A stretch of 64,000 nt of DNA, taken from Octopus sinensis (lineage: Eukaryota). Both the position numbers and the translations under genes were made by a program. This document shows positions 37,366 through 49,425 of the stretch, in pieces. Location of the stretch: NCBI RefSeq assembly GCF_006345805.1, contig NC_043005.1:47492001-47556000 (forward strand), given 5' to 3'. Each line of letters opens with the position of its first letter. Position 1 is the first letter of the stretch. The notes below the pieces were generated by a model that ran no database searches, was not told the DNA's origin, and saw nothing but the letters and a program-made list of their open reading frames with translations.

Positions 37366-39339
37366 GGGTATAATGAAATAGAACAAGGTACTTTATCTTA
37401 TGCTTTAACAAAATGCCTATTTCATGTGCAGCATCATCTTCAAATCAGATGCCAAAGCTTAAGCTCAGACCATATTGGGTAAGTTTCAACGTTTCATCTG
37501 CAGTGCAGAGTTATATGGTGTGTGAATTGTTGGTGCTATAGGGTCAGGTTTCAATTATACAACTGTATACACTGAGAATAGTAATGTACATTCTTCTGTT
37601 GTTAATCTGTTATTGATTAGAATGGATCTTATTAGTTCTTACTCAGGTGTCAATAAGGTAACAATTATGTTATCTATTACGTTTATAAAATATCTTATGA
37701 TTATAGTTGTACTAATGGCTTTCTCTGGCCAATAAGCTGTGCAGCATTTCACCTGCCCTTGCGTCTTGACCTCAAATTCTTCCATGGTCAACTTTACCTT
37801 TCATCCTTTCAGGCTTGATAGAATAACTACCAGTTGAGTACTGGGGACGATGTAACTGATGTGCCTCTTCCCAACATTGCTGGCCTTGTGCCAAAATTTG
37901 AAATCAGTATTGTAGTTCTAACCACAAAAAAATGTTGGCTTCTGTGAGAGGGGTGATGATAGAATGAAATTTACTGGGAAGATGTGTGACACTGTCTTCT
38001 AGATTATAGTCTATCTGTTTGAGGGACAAAGAACTTATGCAAAATTTGTTTGATATTTGTGGCACAGTGTATCAAGGTTGATCTTTGGTCCATACAACCA
38101 AGATCTCTCTCATTTTGGACATCACATAGGGTCTATGAAGAAATAAAACCCAAGCGGCTTCTTGAGCACTTGAGTTAATTTTCTCTCTGTTGTCACTTTT
38201 TGTTTCTAATGTAGATGTTGCAAGCTTTTATGTTTTAGCTATGTGGGTGTGTTTTGATTTTTTTTTTCATGCATCTAGTCTTTAAAACAACAGGTTTAAT
38301 GTGCAATGCTATCCTTTTGTGGTTTCTTTTTCATCAACCCTCTTCAGTCCTGGAAGGTTTCCTTCCAGATATCTTGAATTGTAGGTAAATCCAATTGTGC
38401 CAATGATCAGTTATTATCTAAAACAATTATGTATTTAAAAAATAGCTCGGGGAAAAAAACTGTTTGTGAGAGGAAAATATATTTGTCCAATTCCCAAAGA
38501 TGTAAGAATAAAAATGAGAAGATAAAAAGTTAAATGAGTGAGGTGGAAGGAAGTACAGTATGATTAGTTGAAAATTCACCAGGTTCATTGGTTCTTCACC
38601 CCTTGCGCTCATGACTTGAGCCATAAAAACTTCATGCTCTACTGATACACACCGTTGTGATATACAACACATGTTGCTACAGGCATTATTATTATGCTGA
38701 TACTATTATTGCTGTTGCAAGCTGACTATTCAAAAGTTGGTGGGTTAGTAATGGAGGTGATGTTAGTAAAATTGGTTTTCATGTTTGCGATGGTGATGGT
38801 GAGGATACTGTTGGTGGTGGCTGATCAATTTCAAGTCACTTCTTACTGACCTAAAATAAAAGACATTTCATTCAAGTTTTATAATACACCAGTGTACCAC
38901 ATTATCTCATGTGATGGCTTTATATTCCATATGGGGTTGGATTGATTAAGGTGTTTGCACTATTGTTGCTGCTGTTGGCGGTCATTAAGGAGTTGCTGGG
39001 ATGTTAATGGTAGGGAATGTATTGGTTTTAGTTTTGGTATTAATATTGATGCTGGTTATGTTGGTGTTGATGATAGTGGTGGTAGTAGTGATGATGACAG
39101 TTGATTATATATATGTATATATGAGGATGTGTGCATGTTTATGTATGTATAGACTGATAGATAGATAGAGAGAGAGAGATAAATACATACATACATACAT
39201 AATCATTGTGATGCAAAGAAATATATGCAAGCATAAAAATATTTACAGGGAAAATTCCACATACCATTTTGTGTTAACAGTGGTGCATATAAACTTGCGT
39301 GCACACTCACACACACACACACATGTATTTATGTATATA

Positions 39340-39494
39340 TGTATGTATGCATGTATGTATGTTTAGTATGTATGTATATATGTACGTATGTATGTATGTA
39401 TGTATGTATGTATGTATGTATGTATGTATGTATGTATGTATGTATGTATGTATGTATGTATGTATGTGTGTGTGTATGTATGTATGTATGTATG

Positions 39495-39528
<34 letters not shown>

Positions 39529-39576
39529 TGTATGTATGTATGTATGTATGTATGTATATGTATGTATGTATGTATG

Positions 39577-39608
<32 letters not shown>

Positions 39609-39633
39609 TGTATGTATGTATGTATGTATGTAT
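39340..39633. repeat. (TATG)n tetranucleotide microsatellite
   Basis: About 290 bp near-perfect repeat. Confidence 0.97.
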
Positions 39634-40136
39634 AGGGTTTTAATACTGTTGGTTTCAAATAATGCATGTATTAAGTATTTGCATTTCAATGATAAAATAA
39701 TTATTGTTCATGGAGCAAATGGTCAGTTGTTTTAGTTTGAATGTCTAAGTTTTGATCTTACAAATGATGCTGCACGTTTCTAATGAACTGCAATACTATT
39801 TGAAAAAATGAATTGGAAGTTATGAACACCTCTTCACATGACTTCACTATATGTGGCAAGACTAAAAAGGAATTTAACAAAAAAAATTTATTTTAACACT
39901 TTATTTTAAGCTGCTCACAATTCTAATATAACAATGAATAAGGATAAATGTAAATCTGTATTGAAGATTAACAAATCAGCCATGACAAAGTGACCCCATC
40001 ATTATTAACTCTACTTAAAGAAATACCTGTGCCTACTTATAAATCTCATGTGATAGGTCTGTTTCTTTATCATTCCTATAGGTTTACTCATTTCTTTGAA
40101 TGCATGGGAGCATGTCAATATTCTGTTTCCACAAGG

Positions 40137-40560
40137 AAAGTGAGCTGGCAGAATTGTTAGCACACTGGGCGAAATGCTTAGCAGTATTTCGTCTGTCTTT
40201 ACGTTCTGAGTTCAAATTCCGCCAAGGTCGACTTTGCCTTTCATCCATTCGGGGTCGATAAATTAAGTACCAGTTGCGCACTGAAGTCGATGTGATCGAC
40301 TTAATCCCTTTGTTTGTCCTTGTTTGTCCCCCCTATGTTTAGCCCCTTGTGGGCAATAAAGAAATAAGAATTGTTAGTACACAGATCAAAGCACTTAGTA
40401 ACATTTTGTCCATCTTTACATTCAGAGTTTAAATTCTGCTGAGGTCAACTTTGCCTTTCGTCCTTTTGGGGGTCGATAAAATACATATCAGTTGAAGACT
40501 AAGGTCAATTACATCGACTTAGCTCCTTCTGCAAATCTGCAGGTCTTGTGCCAAAATTTA
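40137..40560 (+). mobile_element. Family A SINE head-to-tail dimer
   Basis: Full monomer ending AAAGAAATAAGAA fused to AATTGTTAGTAC.. of a second, older monomer with a different tail. Confidence 0.85.
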
Positions 40561-40589
40561 AAGCCTATATTCACTTTCCATTCTTGGGG

Positions 40590-41090
40590 AAGGATGTAAT
40601 AATTAATGAGCAAAAAATAGCTTTTGCACAATGAACAGAAGTTGTTTGAAGTCAAAACAGATGCCTCTAATGTTACCATCAGAGCTGCTCTTAATCAAAA
40701 CTATAGTCATATTGCATTGCTTTTTCAGCCAAATAAATTCTTAATCTTTGAATTAGTCGTGTGTTGTAACCTAAAGTTGATGACTAAAGACTGTATGGGA
40801 ATGATATTGATGTCTTCAGTTATATTGACTACACTAATGTTTCAGCTGTAGCACAATGCACTTTTGAGTATAATGCTATGGCTGGGACTGTCACAAATCT
40901 GTCGCTTTCTTATTGGCAAACAATACCTTGAAATCCATTATTTATATGTTTGCAGTGACACACAAAAGTATAGATAAAAAGGGAAAATATATATATTTGA
41001 CACCTGCAATTAGAACTCATATCATTCTGTTATGAAACGTGCATTCTCTAAGAAATTATATTCTGAACTACCAAACTATAGGACATGCTT
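40590..41090 (+). mobile_element. Decayed Ty3/Gypsy RNase H fragment
   Basis: FEVKTDASNVTIRAALNQ (TDAS motif), RFLIGKQY, QLELISFCYE in the expected order, with stops and frameshifts. Confidence 0.6.
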
Positions 41091-41205
41091 ATGCAAGACA
41101 TGGGCAAATATCACTGTACACACATAAATACATGCAGACACACACACACACACAGAGAAAGAAGTGTATTCCCATGCAGGAAAAAAATGTAGATTAGTTG
41201 TGGTT

Positions 41206-41856
41206 GTTTGAAAATGCACCTGACTCTGAAAAACGTGTAGTCATTTTTAAATAGATTTATTCACATACCAAACTAGTTTCAACAATTTTTTACTTATAAG
41301 TGGTACAAATATATTTAAAATGGTAGTGGGTGGTTAGGAGAGTTTAAAATTACCAGATGAAAAATTGGACAAACATGTTTAAACCTTCAAGCATTCAAGT
41401 GTTCACAGAAATTTCAATGAGTTTCACAGGGATAGATAGTAATATCAATGTAAATGTTTGGGGAAGATCATAGCAAATGTACATTATTGTAAGTTCAGTC
41501 ATATCGAGTTTTTATATAATAAGTGAAGAAGAAAGGGAAAAAAAGCAGAGAGAAAAATTTTTTTTTTTACAATTTTTGTCATGGTGCATGTAATTCTTGT
41601 TTTCTTGTTGGAATTAGATTTTTTCTTGTTGGAATCAAAAGAAATTCATTGAAATTTCAGTGAACACTTGATAGTTTAAACATGTTTGTTCAATTTTTAA
41701 CTTGTAATTTGAAACTCTCCTACTACCCCACCCCCTACTTTTTTTATATATATTTGTACCATTGATAAGCAAAATATTATCAAAACTAGTTTGGTGTGTG
41801 AATAAATCTATTTAAAAACAACTACACATTTTTCAGATTCAGGTGCATTTTCAAAC
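41206..41856. mobile_element. Fold-back/MITE-like element with about 220-bp diverged inverted arms
   Basis: 41206-41425 pairs with 41641-41856 (e.g. GTTTGAAAATGCACCTGA / TCAGGTGCATTTTCAAAC; TTTAAATAGATTTATTCACA / TGTGAATAAATCTATTTAAA); spacer about 215 bp. Confidence 0.85.
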
Positions 41857-41876
41857 TTCAAAACAAATTCTCTCCT

Positions 41877-41915
<39 letters not shown>

Positions 41916-42981
41916 AACATACGCACACATACATTTATATATATGTACATATGTGTGTTTGCCTGTATGTGTGTACATATATGTGTAAATATATTTACAT
42001 ATATACACACACATACACATACATATGTGACAGACTCTAGTTCAGTTTCTGCTTGAAAATTTTCACTTGTAGGATATTGATCATCTCATAGAATATGATA
42101 GAAAACTCTTGCCCTAAATGCCACATAGTAGGATTGAACCTGAAACCACAGAATTGTGAATTGATATCTTCTTAATCACACAGAACCATGCTTGCATGGA
42201 AAATATATCAGTATGCAAAACATTCACTAAGTAAAGCTTAAACAATAATTAAGACCTTCAGAATTTCTGGCAACCACTTCATTTTCATTGATTGATACCA
42301 AATCTGATTGCTGTCAACACCAGACTAGCTTAGCATTTGCTACAGCCTAAAAATTTTCACCTTCTGTTACTATTTCATCTAAGAAGAGGCAGGCTCTTTT
42401 CACATTGCTATAATTTGCTCCCATCTCTTCCTTAGTCACGTTAATAACTTTAAAATTTGTTTTGTCATAGAAATGAATCTGAGAAATGCTTCAATGAGTT
42501 CTTTCCATTTCAGCAGGAATCCAATAAGTGTTGTACTTTTCTGTCACAACCAATAGCATTAAATGCATAAAATCTGGCAAAGATCTGAAAGTAAGGGAAG
42601 TAAGGAAAGTGTAGACACACTAATAATCAGTGGATGCTTCATTTTGCTTTGTTTCCATGCTATATCCATCATCTCAGGTCTTTGTCTCTAATACTTTCAC
42701 TGCAATTTCATCACAATCATTTATAGCTTCTAAGTGCTACTGTTTCAAGTGGCAGCTCTGTTTCAGAGACTAATAAACAAAGATCTATCTATGTTTGATA
42801 TTATTTGGAAATGTATATATTTATAAACTTGTCTGCAATAAAAACATGGTTACAGTTAGCATACTTAATTATTTATTAAATATATCATTCCAAGTTCTAC
42901 TTAGTAACATTAAACACTATGCTTTATTTTACATATATATATGCTGGTATACATACATGAATGTGTGTGTGTGTGTGTGTT

Positions 42982-43059
<78 letters not shown>

Positions 43060-43779
43060 GTTAAACTAAATGACTAATTGCACACATCTGGTTGCATTAG
43101 CTTACTGATTCTATGTTAATTTGTAGCTCCAACTGAGCAGATCCATCATGAAAAGCATTCTATTCATGACCACCCCATCTGTTTATATTTTAGGAACTAC
43201 ATTGACAAATGTTTCTTCTTCTCTTTTTCACATCCTGTTGATAGAAGTGCTGTGAAAGAATTAGTATAGTTGCAAAGTGAATGTTCCTTCTTGGGACCCC
43301 CCATCACATATAACTAATTCAGAGAGGGAGAAAGAGAGAAGACAAGAGTGAGAAAGAGAGCGGGTGAATGAGAGAGAGAGTGGGTGAGTGAGAGAGAGAA
43401 TGGGTGAATGAGAGAGTGGGTGAGTGAGAGAAGTGTGTGAATGAGAGAGAGAGAGAGAGTGTGTGTGTGAGTGAGAGAGAGAGAGGGTGAGTGAGAGAAA
43501 GAGAATGGGTGAGTGAGAGAGAAATAGAGTGGGTGAGTGAGAGAAAGAGAGTGGGTGAGTAAGAGAGAGAGAGAAATTACCCTTTCTCTTGCATTTACCT
43601 GGTACTTTATCTATTTACCTTGATAGAAAATGAAAAGCAAACTTGGCCTCTGTGAATTGAACTCAGAATGCAAAGGGCTGGAACAGATATTATAAGACAT
43701 TCTAATATCTTTTTCAGAATTGTGCGATATATTTGAAGGAATCTAGATTGCCATTCCCCAAAGATCGAGTGATTATGAT

Positions 43780-44115
43780 TCTTATGGGATCTTTTACTGT
43801 CTCACTTATCAGACTGCAGTTATGCTGAGACACCACCTTGAAGGATTTTAATCAAAGACCTCAACCCCAGTATTTATTCTTTCGAAGCCTAGTACTTATT
43901 CAGCTGGTCTCTTTTGCTAAACCACTAAATTAGGGGATATAAACACACCGACACTGATTGTCAAGCAATTGTAGGATACACACACACACACACACAGACG
44001 TGTGTGTATATGTGTGTGTGTGTATTTACAATGGGCTTCTTTCAATTTCCATCTACCAAACCCACTCACAAGGCTTTGGTCAGCCCAAGGCTATCTATAG
44101 TAGAAGACACTTGCC
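43780..44115 (-). mobile_element. SINE family B (decayed)
   Basis: Reverse-complement homology to 44426-44831. Confidence 0.8.
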
Positions 44116-44425
44116 TATTTTGTTTTATTTTTAATAAATGATTTAGAATGAATTCTATCTTTTGGCACGCATAGTTATGGTGCAACTATTCTTAAAAACC
44201 AGGATGCATATGGTGGCTGAATATACCTCACGTAACATAAGTCATTCATGTTGGAAATACAGAAGTTTGTTGAAATAGTACAATCACCCTCCGCACTTGT
44301 AGTTAAAAAATTCTACTCGGAATGTCTTGCCATATAATGGACAAACTCCATTATAGAGAAATGGTCTTTGAGCACCTAAATGACCAACACTTGACAACAC
44401 TTGACAAATTAGAAAATAATCTATA

Positions 44426-44831
44426 GGTGTAGGAGTGGCTGTGTGGTAAGTAGCTTGCTTACCAACCAGATGGTTTCTAGTTCGGTCCCACTGCATGGCA
44501 CCTTGGGCAAGTATTTTTTACTATGGCCTCAGGCCAACTAAAGCCTTGTGAGTGGATTTGGTAGACAGAAACTGAAAGAAGCCCATTGCATATATGTATA
44601 TATATATATGTATGTGTGTATATGTGTTTGTGTATCTGTGTTTGTCCCCCCAACATTGCTTGACAACCGATGCTGGTGTGATTACATCCCTGTACCTTAG
44701 TGGTTCAGCAAAAGAGACTGATAGAATAAGTACTAGGCTTACAAAGAATAGGTCCCAGGGTCGATTTGCTTGAATAAAGGTGGTGCTCCAGCATGACTGA
44801 AACAAGTAAAAGAGTAAAAGAGAGTAAAGAG
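44426..44831 (+). mobile_element. SINE family B, full length
   Basis: tRNA-like head GGTGTAGGAGTGGCTGTGTGGTAAG..GTTCGGTCCC, internal (TA)/(TG) tract, tail AGTAAAAGAG repeats. Confidence 0.92.
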
Positions 44832-44844
44832 TATAGGTATACAT

Positions 44845-45332
44845 TAAATAAGATTATTAAACTTACAAACACATAAAAAGGAACTTACAAAAAAAGAGTT
44901 AGATTACCTTTCTAAGTTTTAAGTAAAAGCCATTAACTTCTATGATCTTCCAAAAATCCATAAATCTAAAGAAATCAAGGACTGTTTGAAGGACTCCCAG
45001 ACTCCATATATAAAGATTCCCAGACCATGTGATCTTAAATTAAGACCAATTGTAGCAGGACCAGCATCATGCACACAAAGACTAAGCAACTTGCTTGACC
45101 CAATTCTAAATCCCTTATGTAATTTGGCCCCTAGGTTTATTAGAGAGGATATAGATTTCCTAAACCACATTCCAAAATGAGTGAACAAAGAAACCATATT
45201 AGTCCGGTTTTGATGTAGTCAGCCTCTACACCATTATCCCCCATAATTTAGGATGAGAAGTAGTAGAATTCTGGATACACAAACAACCAAAAAAAATCCA
45301 AGGAAGATTCTCCAAGGTGTTCATACTTGAAT
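44845..45332 (+). mobile_element. Penelope-like reverse transcriptase fragment
   Basis: FYDLPKIHKSKEI..LKLRPIVAGP..TQRLS..FIREDIDFLNHIP..FDVVSLYTIIPH (PLE RT motifs LPKIHK, RPIV, FDVxSLYT); stops and a frameshift. Confidence 0.88.
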
Positions 45333-45334
45333 GG

Positions 45335-45835
45335 CTATGGCTTCCCAACCACATGGTTCCAGGTTCAGTCCCACTGTGTGGCACCTTGGGCATGTGTCTT
45401 CTACTATAGCCTCAGGCTGAGCAAAGCCTTGTGAGTGGATTTGGTGAATGAAGACTAAAAGAAGCTTGTCATATATATACATATATATGCATGTATATGT
45501 GTGTCTGTGTTTGTCCCATCACCATCACTTGACAACTGATTTTGGTGTGTTTATGTCCCCATAACTTAGCAACTCAGCAAAAGAAACTGATAGATTAAGT
45601 ACTATGCTTACAAAATAAGTCTTTGAGTCGATTTGCTTGACTGAAGACTGAAACAAGTGAAAGAATATATATATATATATATAGATGATGGGGTCCTTTC
45701 CATTTCCATCTACCAAATCTACTCACAAAGCTTTGTTCAGCCCAAGGGTCTAGTAGAAGACTCTTGTCCAAGGTGCCATGTGGTGGGACTGAACCCGAAG
45801 CCACGTGGTTGGGAAGCAAGCCTCACCTGCGCCTA
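45335..45835. mobile_element. Two family B SINE pieces in inverted orientation
   Basis: Plus copy at 45335-45660 and minus head portion at 45690-45835. Confidence 0.8.
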
Positions 45836-46020
45836 TGTTCTTCCATTGTTTTTAAGAACTAGCATGAGATTGAAGGGAAATTTAGTTTGCCTTAATAGTG
45901 AATCAAGTAGCCATTTAGGGTTTATATTGTCGACTCCTTTTAAGCTGTTGTTAAAGTAAGTACCAGAAAAATAAGTACAGGTGGATCATCAATTAAGACC
46001 AGTCTCTTCATTTTTCTTAC

Positions 46021-46032
46021 CTGACCATGAAT
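46021..46032 (-). CDS. Candidate 12-nt frame-preserving microexon (IHGQ in phase 0)
   Basis: TTTCTTTTGAATAG|ATTCATGGTCAG|GTAAGA; no AG on the minus strand for 194 nt upstream. Confidence 0.4.
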
Positions 46033-46619
46033 CTATTCAAAAGAAATCAATATATTTATGTTACAAAGTAAATTTTGGGTGTATAATTGTATTGATTGTT
46101 CAATTGTAAATTAGCGGATGTTAATAATTTGTGTTATTTGAATTTAATTTGATACATAATTATTAAACAATATTCGTTAATTGAAGATCATTATCACAAA
46201 AGTGAATGTGGTAAAGTATTTCAATGAGCTAATCTAATTGACTAATTATCTAGATGATGACACACAACTACATAAAAGCTTCAACTAATTATTTTCGAAA
46301 GTTTTTAAAATAGTATATTAGTTTTGGATAATACTGAAATTTTAAATGAAATTGGACTCAATTTCCTATTGGTATTGGAATGTGTTTCTGTGAATAAAGA
46401 CTTCATCTTATTACGAGTACAAAATTGCATCCATTTGTACCATCACTATCATTGCCACTCTCAATGTTATTGTCATCATTCTTAGTGTCTTCATAACACC
46501 ATCATCATCAACTTAAATGTCATCCATAGTTGTCATTCCTGCTGTGCAACCACACTTTGGTTCTTCTGTTCTATCTCTTCATTCTATTTTCTCCACCTAT
46601 CATACTTCTGTCCTTTTCT

Positions 46620-47000
46620 TTTCTACTCTAGGCACAAGGCTTGAAATTTGGGGGGAGGGGGGCAGTCGATTAGATCAACCCCAGTACACAACTGGTACTT
46701 AATTTATTAACCCCAAAAGGATGAAAGGCAAAGTTGACCTCGGTGGAATTTGAACTCAAAATGTAAAGACATACGAAATACCTATTTCTTTACTACCCAC
46801 AAGGGGCTAAACACAGAGAGGACAAACAAGGACAGACAAACGGATTAAGTTGATTACATCGACCCCAGTGTATAACTGGTACTTATTTACTTGACCACAA
46901 AAAGATGAAAGGCAAAGTTGAACTCAGAACATAAAGCCAGACAAAATACAACTAAGCATTTCACCTGAAATGCTAATGATTCTGCCAGCTCACTATCTTA
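46620..47000 (-). mobile_element. Family A SINE dimer with internal junction
   Basis: Minus-strand junction GTAGTAAAGAAATA|GGTATTTCGT, the same as in 49008-49425. Confidence 0.85.
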
Positions 47001-47019
47001 CACTTCTGTTCTTTTATCT

Positions 47020-47385
47020 TTCACTTGTTTCAGTCATTAAACTGTGGCCATTCTAGAGTGCTGCATTGAAGAATTTTTAATCGAATGAATTGACCCCTTG
47101 GTACTTTTATGTTTTTTACTTGGTACTTACTCCATTGGTTTCTTTTGCTGAACCACTTAGTTATGGGGACATAAACCAACACTGGTTGTCAAGCAGTAGT
47201 GAGTGGGGGGACAAGCACTGACATAAACACACACACACTTTCTCACACACGCATGCACACACATTCACTCGCACATATGTATGTGTGTATGTGACAGGCT
47301 TTCTTTCAGTTTCTGCCTACTAAATCCACCCACAAGGCTTTGGTTGGCCCAAGGTTATAGTAGAAAACTTTCATAAGGTGTCACA
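47020..47385 (-). mobile_element. SINE family B (decayed)
   Basis: TTTCAGTCATTAAACTGTGGCC..AAGGCTTTGGTTGGCCCAAGG. Confidence 0.75.
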
Positions 47386-47487
47386 TACACATACACACAC
47401 ACACACACATACACACACACACACATACACACACACACATACACACACACACACACACACACGCACCTACACACGCACACACACACT

Positions 47488-48040
47488 TCTATACAAAATG
47501 CACTTTAATTGAAATAATGTTCCCCCCAAATTAAACATCTAATATAAAAATGTGAATGTCAGTGTGTCACACTTTTTCAACTGTACTCCTAGAGGCTATA
47601 GCCCAACATATCATACCATTTTGGAATCAGGCTGACTCCGTGAGTAAATTAAAAACATTCTGGGCTGAATCCGGACCCACAATCCTGAAATTTTGGATTC
47701 CCAAGTTTTCATTACGGTGATTGTTTCCAGCAATTTTTTTACTTGACATTTTGCAACAAACTTTTTTGTACGATAACAATTTTTATAACCTAAAGGCCAA
47801 CTCTGTGAGTAAATTAAAAATATTCCAGGCGAAATCCGGACCTGCAATCCTGAAATTTTGGATTCCTATGTTTTCATTACTGTGATGGTTTTTGATGATG
47901 TTTTTCACATGATATTTTGCGATGAAAATGATCAATATTGGGATATGACTCTGGAGGAAGAAATTGCAACAAATTCTCCAAAACAAGTCAAAAGTCTGTT
48001 TGCAGATCTTCCCATTCGGGGTCGGTTGCTTAACAGCTAG
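47488..48040 (+). mobile_element. Non-autonomous Helitron-like element, copy 1
   Basis: 5' TCTATAC, 3' AACAGCTAG followed by T, no TIR or TSD; internal direct repeat about 165 bp apart. Confidence 0.65.
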
Positions 48041-48085
48041 TATACACACACACACACACACGCACCTACACACGCACACACCACT

Positions 48086-48637
48086 TCTATACAAAATGCA
48101 CTTTAATTGAAATAATGTTCCCCCCAAATTAAACATCTAATATAAAAATGTGAATGTCAGTGTGTCACACTTTTTCAACTGTACTCCTAGAGGCTATAGC
48201 CCAACATATCATACCATTTTGGAATCAGGCTGACTCCGTGAGTAAATTAAAAACATTCTGGGCTGAATCCGGACCCACAATCCTGAATTTTGGATTCCCA
48301 AGTTTTCATTACGGTGATTGTTTCCAGCAATTTTTTTACTTGACATTTTGCAACAAACTTTTTTGTACGATAACAATTTTTATAACCTAAAGGCCAACTC
48401 TGTGAGTAAATTAAAAATATTCCAGGCGAAATCCGGACCTGCAATCCTGAAATTTTGGATTCCTATGTTTTCATTACTGTGATGGTTTTTGATGATGTTT
48501 TTCACATGATATTTTGCGATGAAAATGATCAATATTGGGATATGACTCTGGAGGAAGAAATTGCAACAAATTCTCCAAAACAAGTCAAAAGTCTGTTTGC
48601 AGATCTTCCCATTCGGGGTCGGTTGCTTAACAGCTAG
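48086..48637 (+). mobile_element. Non-autonomous Helitron-like element, copy 2 (near-identical tandem duplicate)
   Basis: Offset 597-598 bp; only difference noticed is a 1-nt indel (CCTGAAATTTT versus CCTGAATTTT). Confidence 0.65.
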
Positions 48638-49007
48638 TATACACACACACACACACACACATATGAGGACAAGAAAGACAAGATGTTATGCCCAAATGTT
48701 ATTTGCAAATACAGTTCTTCAACGAACAGTGAAGGGAGAAAGGAGAGCCAGATAAAAGAGGAGATGACTTGATAGTATCAAAGAATGGACAAGAAATCAT
48801 TGTATCAAGCAGATACTTGAACTCTGATACACAGCCACCAAACATGCAAAGGACTGATGCACAATACATCATGATGGTACCCTTATAACTCTATCAGAAT
48901 GTGAAGACTAATAAGCAACAGTTGCACCACTGTTCTCCATTACCCTTCAGCCCCTAACTCTTCATACAAATAAAACTTTGCTCATCAGAAAGCTATTCAC
49001 TTTCTGT

Positions 49008-49425
49008 GACGAGCTGGCAGAAACGTTAGCACGCCAGGCAAAATGCTTAGTGGTATTTCGTCTGCTGTTACGTTCTGAGTTCAAATTCCGTCGAGGTCGA
49101 CTTTGCCTTTCATCCTTTTGGGGTCGATTAAATAAGTACCAGTTATGCACTGGGGTCAATGTAATCGACTTAATCCGTTTGTCTGTCCTTGTTTGTCCCT
49201 TCTGTGTTTAGCCCCTTGTGGGTAGTAAAGAAATAGGTATTTTGTCTGTCTTTACATTCTGAGTTCAAATTCCGCCAAGGTCAACTTCGCCTTTCATCCT
49301 TTCGGGGTCGATAAATTAAATACTAGTTATGCACTGGGGTCGATGTAATCGACTTAATCTCTTTGTCTGTCCTTGTTTGTAACCTCTATGTTTAGCCCCT
49401 TGTGGGCAATAAAGAAATAAGAAAG
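49008..49425 (+). mobile_element. Family A SINE dimer (young)
   Basis: Full monomer to GTAGTAAAGAAATA, then a second monomer starting internally at GGTATTTTGTCTG and ending AAAGAAATAAGAA. Confidence 0.92.

Noticed and set aside
37432-37478. Plus-strand 47-nt exon candidate with GG|GTAAGT donor
   Set aside because: Mediocre acceptor, two open frames, no homology; such sites are expected by chance in 64 kb.
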